NCBI GenBank assembly: GCA_965262115.1
Contig: OZ253496.1
Span: 1,540,447-1,604,446, forward strand
Length of the DNA: 64,000 bases
Direction of reading: 5' to 3'
Source of the DNA: Nitrospinales bacterium
GTDB taxonomy: Bacteria > Nitrospinota > Nitrospinia > Nitrospinales > VA-1
Position 1 is the stretch's first letter. Each line of letters starts with the position of its first letter. This document shows, one piece after another, positions 31,004 to 40,315 of the stretch. A program made the translations under genes and the position numbers. Under the pieces are notes generated by a model. That model was not told where the DNA came from. It saw only the letters and a program-made list of their open reading frames with translations, and searched no databases.

Positions 31004-31989
31004 TAGCGCGCGCCAGGAGTCCGTTTTGGCTGGCTCCTATGGCGGGGATCACCGATGTTTGTTTTCGCCAATTGATGGATGAAATGCAGGCAGGTGTTTT
31101 GATTTCAGAGCTGGTGTCAGCGAAAGGGCTCTTATTTAATTCCGGGAAGACCCGGAAAATGATGCGCATTCATAAAAATCCCGGAACCATTGTCGGGGTT
31201 CAGCTTTTTGGTGAGTCGGCGGAGGATATTGTTCAGGCGGTGAGCGTGGTTGAAGAGACGGGGGCAGATTTTGTCGACATCAATATGGGTTGCCCGGTAA
31301 AAAAAGTGGTCAAAAAAGGATGCGGGGCGGCATTGCTGCGCGACCCGGCTTATGTGGAAACATTTTTGACTACGATTAAAAAAGGCATTCGTCTGCCCCT
31401 CACCGTCAAAATGAGAACGGGTTGGAATGAAAATGAGTTGACCATCCATGAATGTGTCGAAGCGGCTTACCAGTCAGGTTGCGAGTGGGTGGCCATTCAT
31501 GGGCGTACTCGCGCTCAGGGTTATGAGGGCAAAGCGGACTGGGACCTTATTGCTGAAGTCAAACACCGGGCGAAATTGCCGATCATCGGTAACGGAGATA
31601 TCCGCAGTGCCGCCCAGGCAAAACAAAGATTGCAGGAAACCGGAGTGGATGCGGTGATGATCGGTCGTGGAGCTTTGCGGAATCCCTGGATTTTTAAAGA
31701 ATGTGTCGGCCTGTCTGTCCAGCGTGCCGGTCTCGAACTTTTGAACCACTATTTAAATGGGTTGCGCGAAAATTACGATTTGCGATCGACGCTGATTTTG
31801 TTGCGCAAGTTTTCGTCCTGGTTGGCGTTCGCCTATCCCGGCGCGGCGAAGTTTAGAAAAAATATGTTCGAGTGCCATACCGCATCAGAGGTCATGCAAC
31901 AGGCGGAAAACTTTTTCAGCCAGGTTGCCGAACTTCCAGTTCCGGCTTTTGAAGACAGTGAAGAATTTATGATGGGAGGTCATGGTTAG
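30946..31989 (+). CDS. dusB: tRNA-dihydrouridine synthase
   Basis: 347-aa ORF with LAPMAGITD, DINMGCP and IGNGDI motifs. The ATG at 30946 implies a 58-nt overlap with the upstream gene, so the true start is uncertain. Confidence 0.85.
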   Translation: MDLLQSSLVSDAPASQGKLIARARSPFWLAPMAGITDVCFRQLMDEMQAGVLISELVSAKGLLFNSGKTRKMMRIHKNPGTIVGVQLFGESAEDIVQAVSVVEETGADFVDINMGCPVKKVVKKGCGAALLRDPAYVETFLTTIKKGIRLPLTVKMRTGWNENELTIHECVEAAYQSGCEWVAIHGRTRAQGYEGKADWDLIAEVKHRAKLPIIGNGDIRSAAQAKQRLQETGVDAVMIGRGALRNPWIFKECVGLSVQRAGLELLNHYLNGLRENYDLRSTLILLRKFSSWLAFAYPGAAKFRKNMFECHTASEVMQQAENFFSQVAELPVPAFEDSEEFMMGGHG

Positions 31990-32079
31990 TGGAGTGCCTC
32001 CGCCTCCAGGGAAAAATAACCGAAGTGTTGAGGATTAGTCGTTGTAAATGGAGCATTAATTTTATAAAATATACTTGAG

Positions 32080-32997
32080 ATGAAGGCATCCGAAAAAAGA
32101 AAAAAAGTTCATACCGTAAAAGGTGAAAGCCCCTTAATAGATACTCCGTTCACACAGATATACTTGGGAGACTGTGCGGAACAGTTGCAAGATATTGACA
32201 GTAGCTCTATAGATTTAATCGTTACCTCTCCGCCTTATGCCGACCAACGGAGTAAAACCTACGGTGGTATCACGCCAGACAATTATGTTGAATGGTTTTT
32301 GCCTGTTTCCGCAGAGCTATTACGAGTACTAGAGCCTACGGGGACCTTTATCCTCAACATAAAAGAAAAGGTTGTAAATAGTGAGCGCCATACCTATGTT
32401 TTAGAACTCATCCTTGCTATGCGCAAACAGGGTTGGTTGTGGACAGAAGAGTTTATCTGGCATAAGAAAAATTGTTATCCCGGCAAATGGCCCAATCGGT
32501 TTAGAGATTCCTGGGAGCGTTTGTTGCAATTTAACAAAAATCGCAAATTTAAGATGTTTCAAGAAGAAGTCATGGTGCCAACGGGAGATTGGGCCAAGAC
32601 CCGGCTTAAAAAACTGAGCGAGACAGATAAGACCCGTGACGAATCAAAAGTGGGTAGTGGCTTTGGAAAAAATATTTCAAACTGGACGAACAGGGATAAA
32701 GCCTATCCTACAAATGTTTTGCAAATGGCAACGGAATGTAGCAATAAAAGCCACAGTGCCGCTTTTCCACCTACTTTGCCAGAGTGGTTTATCAAGCTTT
32801 TTACTTCGGAAAATGATGTTGTGCTTGACCCTTTTGCGGGTTCAGGAACGACTCTGAAAATTGCCAAGCGAATGAATCGGCATGCGATTGGTATTGAAGT
32901 TAATAAAGACTATTACGATCATATTTTAGAAGATTTGGATGAAAGACAATATTTTTTAATGGAAGAGTCCAAAAAATATGTCGCAAATCGTTCTTGA
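32080..32997 (+). CDS. Beta-class N4/N6 DNA methyltransferase; SPPY motif suggests N4-cytosine
   Basis: 305-aa ORF. Motif IV (IVTSPPYADQR) lies near the N-terminus and motif I (DPFAGSGTT) near the C-terminus, which is the beta permutation. G+C is visibly lower than in the flanks. Confidence 0.8.
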   Translation: MKASEKRKKVHTVKGESPLIDTPFTQIYLGDCAEQLQDIDSSSIDLIVTSPPYADQRSKTYGGITPDNYVEWFLPVSAELLRVLEPTGTFILNIKEKVVNSERHTYVLELILAMRKQGWLWTEEFIWHKKNCYPGKWPNRFRDSWERLLQFNKNRKFKMFQEEVMVPTGDWAKTRLKKLSETDKTRDESKVGSGFGKNISNWTNRDKAYPTNVLQMATECSNKSHSAAFPPTLPEWFIKLFTSENDVVLDPFAGSGTTLKIAKRMNRHAIGIEVNKDYYDHILEDLDERQYFLMEESKKYVANRS

Positions 32998-33727
32998 TGT
33001 TGTCAGAGAATTTGTTAGGGGTAATATTGGTCATTTTCATAAAAAGCGGTTGCAAAATTTGGAGAAGTTGAAGTTAGGCAAAATCCTGAAACGTAAAAAT
33101 CCCTACCTTTTTAAATCTAAAAATATACTTACCTCTGAGGCATTGGTCAAAACTTTGTTGGATGCCCACCTGTCCTCACAAGAAGAAACTATTTTTGGGG
33201 ACTTTCTCGAGGAACTCGCGATATTTATCAATCAACAAGTTTATGCTGGAAAAAAATCTTCTGCAGATGGTATAGATTTAGAGTTTGACCGTGAGGGAAT
33301 TCATTACATTGTTTCCATTAAGTCCGGACCTGATTGGGGAAACAGTAGCCAGATTAAGCGAATGAAAGAGAATTTTAAACAAGCTCAAAAGATTCTTCGT
33401 ACAGGAAACTCTAAACTCCATGTCAGGGCGATAAATGGTTGTTGCTATGGTAGAGGTGGCAGGGAGGATAAGGGGGACTACCATAAATTATGTGGGCAGC
33501 AATTCTGGGCTTTCATTTTCGGCAATGACAATATTTATACGGAAATTATTGAACCTCTTGGATATCAGGCTAAAAAGAGAAATGAGGATTTTGACAAGCA
33601 CTATGCCAGGATTGTAAACCAGTTTTCAAAATCATTTATGAATCATTTTTGTGACCAAGGTGAAATTAATTGGGACAAATTGGTGCAATTTAATTCGGGC
33701 AAAAATAAGGTTTCTTTGAAAATTTAA
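32978..33727 (+). CDS. Putative type II restriction endonuclease, cognate of the adjacent methyltransferase
   Basis: 249-aa ORF overlapping the MTase gene by 20 nt and AT-rich. It has a possible PD-(D/E)xK-like core (ADGIDLEF...YIVSIKSG). Family assignment (possibly TdeIII-like) is from memory only. Confidence 0.5.
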   Translation: MSQIVLDVVREFVRGNIGHFHKKRLQNLEKLKLGKILKRKNPYLFKSKNILTSEALVKTLLDAHLSSQEETIFGDFLEELAIFINQQVYAGKKSSADGIDLEFDREGIHYIVSIKSGPDWGNSSQIKRMKENFKQAQKILRTGNSKLHVRAINGCCYGRGGREDKGDYHKLCGQQFWAFIFGNDNIYTEIIEPLGYQAKKRNEDFDKHYARIVNQFSKSFMNHFCDQGEINWDKLVQFNSGKNKVSLKI

Positions 33728-33865
33728 TTTTTCTGAACACCTTTTTGCCGGGCCGTAGGAATTTATTACTTGTGGTTTTGTGGTAAAATAAAAACGGCCC
33801 TGAACAAAACTGAAAAGAAAATCATTCAAATCCCCCCAAAGTTCTTTTATTTAACGGCCCCATAA

Positions 33866-34684
33866 TTGAGCCAGAGAATCACAGCCTATGAAAAAACGCG
33901 CCCCGACCGGGTGCGTAAGCAGTATAAAGAGCGGGAAGAGTTCACCCTCTATGGCTGGAACTCCTGCATGAGCGCGTTCAAGGCGAGACCGGAAAGTCTC
34001 TTGCGCATGTTCTTCAGCCGCGCCCGTTCCGCTCAGTTGAAAGAGATCAAGGTTTTTTGCGGAGAAAATAAAATTCCCTATCGGCAATTGGATCAGGAAT
34101 CCCTCAATAAAGTTGCGTCTGGTGTTCACCATGAAGGAGTGGTGATGGTTGTCCGGCCCCGCCTGCCGGAATCCGCGCATCGACTGATCCGGGGAACAAT
34201 GCCCGACAGGGGACTGGTCGTGGCGTTAGACGGAATTGATAACCCGCATAACCGGGGAGCAATTTTGCGGACCTGCGCTTTTTTTGGTGTGCGGGGGTTG
34301 CTGGTTCCCGGAGATGGAAAGGTTGTTTCCTCTTCCGCCGCGAGAATGGCGGAAGGAGGACTGGAAGAAGTCCCGATATTTACCAGTAGTGACCTTCCCT
34401 CTGCATTAAGAGATTGCAGGGAGCGAGGCTGGTTTGTGGTGGGTGCGGATGCAAACGCGAAAGAAACCCTTTTCGACGCTACAATCAAGTTTCCTGCTGT
34501 GGTGGTGATGGGAAATGAACAGGAGGGACTTTCGAGTCGAGTCAAACAAAAATGCGATAAGGTGGTCCGGGTTCCCGGAGAGGGTTCCCTGCAATCTCTC
34601 AATGTATCGGTCGCGGCTGGAATCATTCTGGCGGAAATCGGCCGCCGGAGAAAAACCCGCAAAAAAAATATATCTGGTTCATGA
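33866..34684 (+). CDS. SpoU/TrmH-family RNA 2'-O-methyltransferase (RlmB-like)
   Basis: 272-aa ORF with a TTG start and DGIDNPHNRGAILRT, VVMGNEQEGLS and LNVSVAAGI motifs. Confidence 0.8.
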   Translation: MSQRITAYEKTRPDRVRKQYKEREEFTLYGWNSCMSAFKARPESLLRMFFSRARSAQLKEIKVFCGENKIPYRQLDQESLNKVASGVHHEGVVMVVRPRLPESAHRLIRGTMPDRGLVVALDGIDNPHNRGAILRTCAFFGVRGLLVPGDGKVVSSSAARMAEGGLEEVPIFTSSDLPSALRDCRERGWFVVGADANAKETLFDATIKFPAVVVMGNEQEGLSSRVKQKCDKVVRVPGEGSLQSLNVSVAAGIILAEIGRRRKTRKKNISGS

Positions 34685-35100
34685 TTTTCTTCGCAAAACT
34701 CCATCCCATGATCGTTCACTTTCCAGTGGGTTTGTTAATCAGTGGAGTGGTGTTTGAAATTTATGGAGTGCTTCGCAACGAGGAGGTGGTTGCAACCGCA
34801 GGCCGGTTTAATATCCGGTTTGGGTTCTGGTGTCTGTTTCCTGTTCTGCTGGTGGGGTTTCTGGGAATGCTCAGCCTGGAAAACACGGAAAAGTTCAGGG
34901 ACTTTCTGTCCAGCCATTTGAAGTTTGCGTTCACCACTGCCGGAGTATTTATTTTGGCCATGCTGGTTTCCAGATATTTTCGCCAACCTTGGGGCAGGGT
35001 TTTGTATTTACTGATCATTGCCACAGGGGGAATTTGTGTTCTTACCACAGGTTACTTCGGCGGAGAACTGGTTCATCGCTTCGGAGTTTCCACGCGCTAA
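34681..35100 (+). CDS. DUF2231-family membrane protein
   Basis: 139-aa ORF with four TM segments and an N-terminal HPMIVHFPVGLL motif. Confidence 0.6.
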   Translation: MIFFAKLHPMIVHFPVGLLISGVVFEIYGVLRNEEVVATAGRFNIRFGFWCLFPVLLVGFLGMLSLENTEKFRDFLSSHLKFAFTTAGVFILAMLVSRYFRQPWGRVLYLLIIATGGICVLTTGYFGGELVHRFGVSTR

Positions 35101-35151
35101 GTGAAGGAGCCAATTCGTATCACCTATCGTAAAACATTCCGCTAAAAGACC

Positions 35152-35278
35152 AGACCTTTGCATAACCCCGAGATTCTTCGTCACGTTGTTCCTCAGAATG
35201 ACAAAACAGCCCTTTATTGTCATGCTGAGCTTGTCGAAGCATCTCGCTTTTCTGCTTTATCGACTTACGCAAAGGTCT
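35152..35278. mobile_element. MITE-like element, family A (terminal inverted repeats AGACCTTTGCRTAAG)
   Basis: The left end is AGACCTTTGCATAA and the right end TTACGCAAAGGTCT. It is flanked by the direct repeat CTAAAAGACC (35142-35151 and 35280-35289). The second copy includes the stop codon of the gene at 35280-35660. Confidence 0.75.
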
Positions 35279-35279
35279 C

Positions 35280-35660
35280 CTAAAAGACCAGTTGGTAGCC
35301 TGAAAACAGGCAGATGCCCATTACCAGAAGTCCTGCCAAATAAAATCCTGTCGCGGTTCTCGAAAAGGTATTGGTGTAGGCGTAGCCGGCAGAGAATCCA
35401 TAGAGGATGGTAAACAAAAAAGCATAGCCTTGGTGCCCCTCAACCTCCACAATGGTTCGCAAGTTAATGTCGACAGAGACCATGCCGGAAAAATCGGCGA
35501 CCACAGCGGCTAGAAGGCCCAGGCTCAGATTAAAAGCTCCTGCGGCTTTTAATTTTTCATCATTTTTTTTGTGGGCCAAAAAAAGCAGGGCCAGTCCGGC
35601 AACAAATAAGGCGGGAGAAAAATGGGAAATGAAAGGGTGAAACGATACGGAGCTGATCAT
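35280..35660 (-). CDS. DUF2231-family membrane protein
   Basis: 126-aa ORF with HPFISHFSPALFVAGL and four TM segments. Confidence 0.6.
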   Translation of the reverse strand: MISSVSFHPFISHFSPALFVAGLALLFLAHKKNDEKLKAAGAFNLSLGLLAAVVADFSGMVSVDINLRTIVEVEGHQGYAFLFTILYGFSAGYAYTNTFSRTATGFYLAGLLVMGICLFSGYQLVF

Positions 35661-35781
35661 TGCATGAGAAACTCTTGATTGGGTAGGTTAGGTGGTGGAG
35701 CAGGGACTCATCCAGTCGAGACAATTTTGCGATTGCCAGATAAAGTGGCGGCCTACTGGCCCCACGCCTAGTGGGCGCCGG

Positions 35782-36090
35782 TCAGTCGTCTTTTTTTCTC
35801 AGGTCGCCGACAATGTCGCCGGCAAGATCGAGGTCGGCTTCTGAAAGGTTGACATCCACGTCCACTTTGGTGGCGGCACTGATATCCTGTTCCAGGGCAT
35901 CGATGTTGACGGTTTGTTTGAGTCCTTCCGCCTCATCCATGACCTCCTGTTTCAGGCCGCTGAAAGTTTTTTGGAATTCGCCCCAACCTTTACCAATGGC
36001 TCTTGCGAGTTTAGGCAGGTTCTGTGGGCCAATCACCACTACGGCGATGCCCATAATAATCATCAGCTCAAAAAATCCGATATCAAACAT
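35782..36090 (-). CDS. tatB: Twin-arginine translocase subunit, TatB-like (TatA/B/E family)
   Basis: 102-aa ORF. MFDIGFFELMIIMGIAVVVIGPQNLPKLARAIG closely resembles the E. coli TatB N-terminus as I recall it. Acidic tail. Confidence 0.7.
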   Translation of the reverse strand: MFDIGFFELMIIMGIAVVVIGPQNLPKLARAIGKGWGEFQKTFSGLKQEVMDEAEGLKQTVNIDALEQDISAATKVDVDVNLSEADLDLAGDIVGDLRKKDD

Positions 36091-36232
36091 TCAGATGCTC
36101 CAATCTTGTTGCGATAGGGTTCATTCTAGCAGATTAAAGGGGTAAATGCATCAGGTTGGAATCAGGATTTTTCCGGATGGTTTTCTGCTGATCTTGAATA
36201 AAAAGTGGTTTGGGGTAGTATAAGACCAATTT

Positions 36233-37174
36233 ATGAGAATTATTCGAGGAACAAAAAATATAACCGGTGCCATTCCCTATCCTGTGATGGCGATTGGCAA
36301 TTTTGACGGAGTGCATGTGGGCCATCAGACCCTGTTCCGTAAAACGGCTGAGTTGGCATTGGTGCATGAGGGCACTGCTATCGCGTTCACCTTCGAGCCG
36401 CATCCCTTAAAGATCATCGCGCCGGAAAAAGTACCCCCCCTGCTGACCAATTTCCATAAAAAGATGGAGTTGATGGAATCCTTTGGAATCGACCTGGTCA
36501 TTTGCGCCGATTTCACCCGTAAATTCGCAGACCAGCGGCCGCGTGATTTTTCAAAAAATATTCTTTTTGAAAAGATAGGGGTGAAGGAGGTAGTGGTCGG
36601 GTTCGACTACGCATTTGGCCGTGGAAGGGAGGGGACGATTCCCTACCTTAAAAAGATGGGAGAGGAGTTTGGGTTTCAGGTTCATGTGGTGGAGCCCTTC
36701 AAGCTCAAGGGGCATACTGTGAGTAGTTCCCATGTGCGGGAACTGATAGAGGCCGGGCAGATAGAAACAGCGAGTCAATTCCTGGGCCGGGATTATTCCA
36801 TTATAGGCCCGGTTATTTCCGGTTATAAAACCGGGCAGTCCATCGGGTTCCCCACCGCTAATATTGATACCAGCAAGGTCCAGATACCGGGGACGGGGGT
36901 GTACGCGGTTCGGGTTGTCTATGAAAATAAACCTTATGATGCAGTGGCCAATATCGGGTTTAATCCAACCTTTCATCGCGACCGATTAAGTGTTGAGGTG
37001 CATATCTTTGATTTTAATCAAGTGATCTACCATCATGAAATTGAAGTTCAGTTTGTAGAGCGCATTCGTAGTGAAATATCCTTCAAGTCCGCCGACGATC
37101 TGGTCGCTCAGATTAAGCACGATATTGATAAAGCCAAAAAAATACTGGAGCAGACAGAAATCCCGAACAAGTGA
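36233..37174 (+). CDS. ribF: Bifunctional riboflavin kinase / FMN adenylyltransferase
   Basis: 313-aa ORF (AIGNFDGVHVGHQ..., GFPTANI, ...FDFNQVIYHHEIEVQFVERIR). Confidence 0.9.
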   Translation: MRIIRGTKNITGAIPYPVMAIGNFDGVHVGHQTLFRKTAELALVHEGTAIAFTFEPHPLKIIAPEKVPPLLTNFHKKMELMESFGIDLVICADFTRKFADQRPRDFSKNILFEKIGVKEVVVGFDYAFGRGREGTIPYLKKMGEEFGFQVHVVEPFKLKGHTVSSSHVRELIEAGQIETASQFLGRDYSIIGPVISGYKTGQSIGFPTANIDTSKVQIPGTGVYAVRVVYENKPYDAVANIGFNPTFHRDRLSVEVHIFDFNQVIYHHEIEVQFVERIRSEISFKSADDLVAQIKHDIDKAKKILEQTEIPNK

Positions 37175-37297
37175 TTCTTTAGTTGACAGGCATTCAAATT
37201 CCATAGGAATTTGCTATAATGCCGCTTTAAATTTTGCCCAAATAAATATTGTATGTCTTCGTGAGTAAGAGCTCACGCCAACAGACTGAAAATGTAT

Positions 37298-37384
37298 GCC
37301 GAAGTGGCGGAATTGGTAGACGCGCATGATTCAGGTTCATGTGCCCGAAAGGGTGTGGAAGTTCGAGTCTTCTCTTCGGCACCA
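37298..37384 (+). tRNA. tRNA-Leu (anticodon CAG), long variable arm, CCA encoded
   Basis: Acceptor GCCGAAG/CTTCGGC, anticodon stem CATGA/TCATG with loop TTCAGGT, variable arm GCCCGAAAGGGTGT, T arm GGAAG-TTCGAGT-CTTCT. Confidence 0.9.
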
Positions 37385-37539
37385 TTTTTCAATTAATTAG
37401 ACTGTTGGCTCACCCGGGTAATTATTCAGCAAAAGTTTGACCGGCTTTTTTCGATGAACTGGATGGGGAATTGCCCCCTGCCTGATTGTCTAGGTTATGA
37501 GTGCCTCCTTGCGGACCTTCTGAATTGTGTTGTAATACA

Positions 37540-38040
37540 GGGCATCTCAAAAAATTGCTTTTGTACCCCTGTGGGGCATGAAAGCTGATGGGGAATATAA
37601 CAGCCACGAGCGGCCATTATGACAAGGAGACCTTTGCATAAGTCGAAAATCGAGATGCTTCGACATACCCCTCCGGGGCAAGAAGGCAAAGGTCGAGTAT
37701 CACTAGCTCAGCATGACAATACTGGGCCATTTTGTCATGCTGAGGAACAAGGCGACGAAGACGTGACATTTTTCCTTACCCTTCGTGCCCGGCACGGGTA
37801 ATCTCGCTTTGCATAGGCTTGGGGATTTGGGGTTGCCGTCTTTGCGAGGAGGCTTTAGCCGACGCGGCAATCCAGGTTTTGGTTTTTCTCTCGGGGTCAT
37901 GCTGAGCCTGTTGAAGAATCTCGCCTTGCATAGGCCTGGGGATTCTTCACTGCGTTCAGAATGACAAGAAACGCCGGTTTGTCATCCTCAAGGAGCCAAC
38001 GGCGACGAATGATCCGGGGTTACGCAAAGCTCTCTATGAT
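37540..38040. repeat. About 500 bp built only of nested MITE-like and hairpin repeat units
   Basis: Family A terminus GAGACCTTTGCATAAGTCG at 37627, GTCATGCTGAG / CTCAGCATGAC inverted pairs, TACCCC-N3-GGGGCA hairpins, and family B-like termini (GCGAGGAGGC..., ...GGAGCCAACGGCGACGAA). Confidence 0.8.
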
Positions 38041-38118
38041 AAGGGTCTGCGAGTTGCCTTAGAGAAAATTACCGAATAAATAGAGATTTTTTGCAGTTAG
38101 TTCATTCACCAGTCCGGT

Positions 38119-40038
38119 TTGAATTCGATGAAAATGGTTGACGTAATTGTTATTGGCGGTGGGCACGCGGGTTGCGAAGCGGCTCTGGCCTCGGCACGTA
38201 TGGGGTGCTCCACAGTGATGATCACCCTGGAAGCGGACAAAATCGCCCTGATGCCATGCAACCCCGCTATTGGCGGGGTGGGCAAGGGCCATATCGTGCG
38301 CGAAATAGACGCGCTCGGGGGTGAGATGGCCAAAATCATCGACGAGACAGGAATCCAGTTCCGGGTTTTGAACTCTTCCAAAGGGCCGGCCGTACATGGT
38401 TACCGGGCTCAGGCCGACAAGGACCGTTACAAAAATGCCATGCGCCGGGTTCTGGAAAATACCGATAATCTCGACCTGCTCTTCGAAGAAGTCGATGAAC
38501 TGATTATTGAGAGCTCTGCCGTTAAAGGGGTACGGACGGCATCGGGAACCGAAATTAAGGCCGTATCGGTGGTCATCACTACGGGAACTTTTTTAAACGG
38601 GCTCATCCATCTTGGGCTGAAAAGCAGACCGGCTGGCCGGGTGGGAGAAAAACCTTCTACCAGATTGTCGCAGTCGTTTCTGGCTGTCGGCTTTGAACTG
38701 GGTCGTTTGAAAACGGGAACCCCGCCGCGTTTGAAACGCGGAAGTATCGACTTCAGTCGCTGTACCCCGCAGCCCGGGGATGAGGTGCCGCGGCCTTTTT
38801 CGTTTTCGACCTCCGGTATTGACCGGAAGCAGGTGCCCTGCTACCTCACCGCCACCAATGAACGAACCGCACAGGTCATCCGCGACAATATGCATTTGTC
38901 CCCGTTATACAGCGGCGTGATAGATGGAGTCGGTCCGCGTTATTGTCCTTCCATAGAAGATAAAGTTGTTAAGTTTCCTGATAAGAATTCGCATAATATT
39001 TTTCTCGAGCCGGAAGGTTTGGAGTCGGACTGGATTTATCCGAACGGCATTTCCACCAGTCTTGCTGAAGAGGTGCAGTTACAGTTCGTGCGCACGATCC
39101 CGGGTCTGGAGCAGGCCGAGATTGTTTTGCCGGGTTACGCTGTGGAATACGATTATGTCCCACCCACGCAGCTCACTCCTGCTCTGGAGACTAAACGGGT
39201 GAGCGGGTTGTTCCACGCAGGTCAGATTAACGGCACCTCCGGCTATGAAGAAGCGGCGGGCCAGGGCATCATGGCAGGGATCAACGCCGCCCTCAAGGCG
39301 CAAAAACGCAAGCCATTTCTGCTCACCCGCATGGATAGTTATATTGGTGTGCTCATTGATGATCTGGTGACCAAAGGTACGTTGGAGCCCTACCGCATGT
39401 TCACCTCACGCGCCGAATATCGGTTGATTTTAAGGCAGGACAACGCCGACGAGCGGCTGATGGAAAAGGGTCATGGACTGGGTCTGGTGAATAAAGACCT
39501 GCTTGAAAAATGTATGAATAAATACCGCGCGGTGGACAGAGAGATAAAAAGACTGGAAGAGACAACAGTTGCGCCCAATCCGGAAACGCTTGTCCGGTTG
39601 TCCAAACTGGGTATTCAGGAGTTGAGGAATCCCACCACACTGGGGGGTCTGCTCCGTCGTCCCGAAGTGTCGCATGATAGTTTGCTAAGAGCTTTTGATG
39701 GTGGTGAGGTCCCGCAACTGGTCGGCGAGCAGGTAGAGATTCGCGTGAAGTATGAAGGATTCATCAACCGGCAGAACCAGATGGTAGCCCGGCAAAAGAA
39801 ACTGGAGCACTACCGCATACCCGATGAGTTTGAGTATCAGGGGGTTTCCGGACTTTCTCGCGAAGTGGTGCAGAAACTTGAAGAAATTCGCCCGGTTACG
39901 TTGGGGCAGGCAGGGCGTATTTCCGGAATCACTCCCTCAGCCATCAGCCTGATTATGATACTCCTAGAGAAACTCCACTCCCGGCCCACAACTGGTGATA
40001 ATGGGGTCGTGACGCTGGTGCGCCCACCAAAGGCATGA
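38119..40038 (+). CDS. mnmG: tRNA uridine 5-carboxymethylaminomethyl modification enzyme MnmG (GidA)
   Basis: 639-aa ORF ([17 protein letters not shown]...). The start is probably the ATG at 38128. Confidence 0.95.
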   Translation: MNSMKMVDVIVIGGGHAGCEAALASARMGCSTVMITLEADKIALMPCNPAIGGVGKGHIVREIDALGGEMAKIIDETGIQFRVLNSSKGPAVHGYRAQADKDRYKNAMRRVLENTDNLDLLFEEVDELIIESSAVKGVRTASGTEIKAVSVVITTGTFLNGLIHLGLKSRPAGRVGEKPSTRLSQSFLAVGFELGRLKTGTPPRLKRGSIDFSRCTPQPGDEVPRPFSFSTSGIDRKQVPCYLTATNERTAQVIRDNMHLSPLYSGVIDGVGPRYCPSIEDKVVKFPDKNSHNIFLEPEGLESDWIYPNGISTSLAEEVQLQFVRTIPGLEQAEIVLPGYAVEYDYVPPTQLTPALETKRVSGLFHAGQINGTSGYEEAAGQGIMAGINAALKAQKRKPFLLTRMDSYIGVLIDDLVTKGTLEPYRMFTSRAEYRLILRQDNADERLMEKGHGLGLVNKDLLEKCMNKYRAVDREIKRLEETTVAPNPETLVRLSKLGIQELRNPTTLGGLLRRPEVSHDSLLRAFDGGEVPQLVGEQVEIRVKYEGFINRQNQMVARQKKLEHYRIPDEFEYQGVSGLSREVVQKLEEIRPVTLGQAGRISGITPSAISLIMILLEKLHSRPTTGDNGVVTLVRPPKA

Positions 40039-40277
40039 CCCGGAAGGCAAGCGTGCATACGGATTCTATTCAATGGCAGATCGAAGTCGATAAAAAAGAC
40101 ATCGCATACATTGTCAGCATTTTTGACGGATATGATAATCTGGCGGTGGTGCGAACGCTGGATGCTTCCCGTGGACTCATTGAGCTGATAATCTCTCCCG
40201 ACTATCTGGAAGATACCCGTTGCCTGGTGGAGGCACTCTCCAGGGAAATCCCTTTCCGCCCACTGGCAGGGTGCTAA
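40035..40277 (+). CDS. DUF4911-domain protein
   Basis: 80-aa ORF overlapping mnmG by 4 nt ([22 protein letters not shown]...[10 protein letters not shown]). Confidence 0.55.
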   Translation: MTRKASVHTDSIQWQIEVDKKDIAYIVSIFDGYDNLAVVRTLDASRGLIELIISPDYLEDTRCLVEALSREIPFRPLAGC

Positions 40278-40315
40278 AAAACTCCTGTAGTTCGGCGGTG
40301 TTGACCTCCCTCCCT

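Noticed and set aside
34126-34719. 197-aa minus-strand ORF opposite the TrmH-family gene
   Set aside because: It is antisense shadow ORF. The plus strand carries clear SpoU motifs.
37540-38040. Possible CRISPR array in the repeat-dense tracts (also 45170-45610, 48775-49490 and 54620-54835)
   Set aside because: The repeats differ in sequence, occur in both orientations and are irregularly spaced and nested. There is no constant repeat/spacer periodicity and no cas genes.
37385-38118. Integrated genomic island or prophage at tRNA-Leu
   Set aside because: There is no integrase, no duplicated tRNA 3' segment and no coding capacity. The tract is explained by stacked MITE and hairpin repeats.
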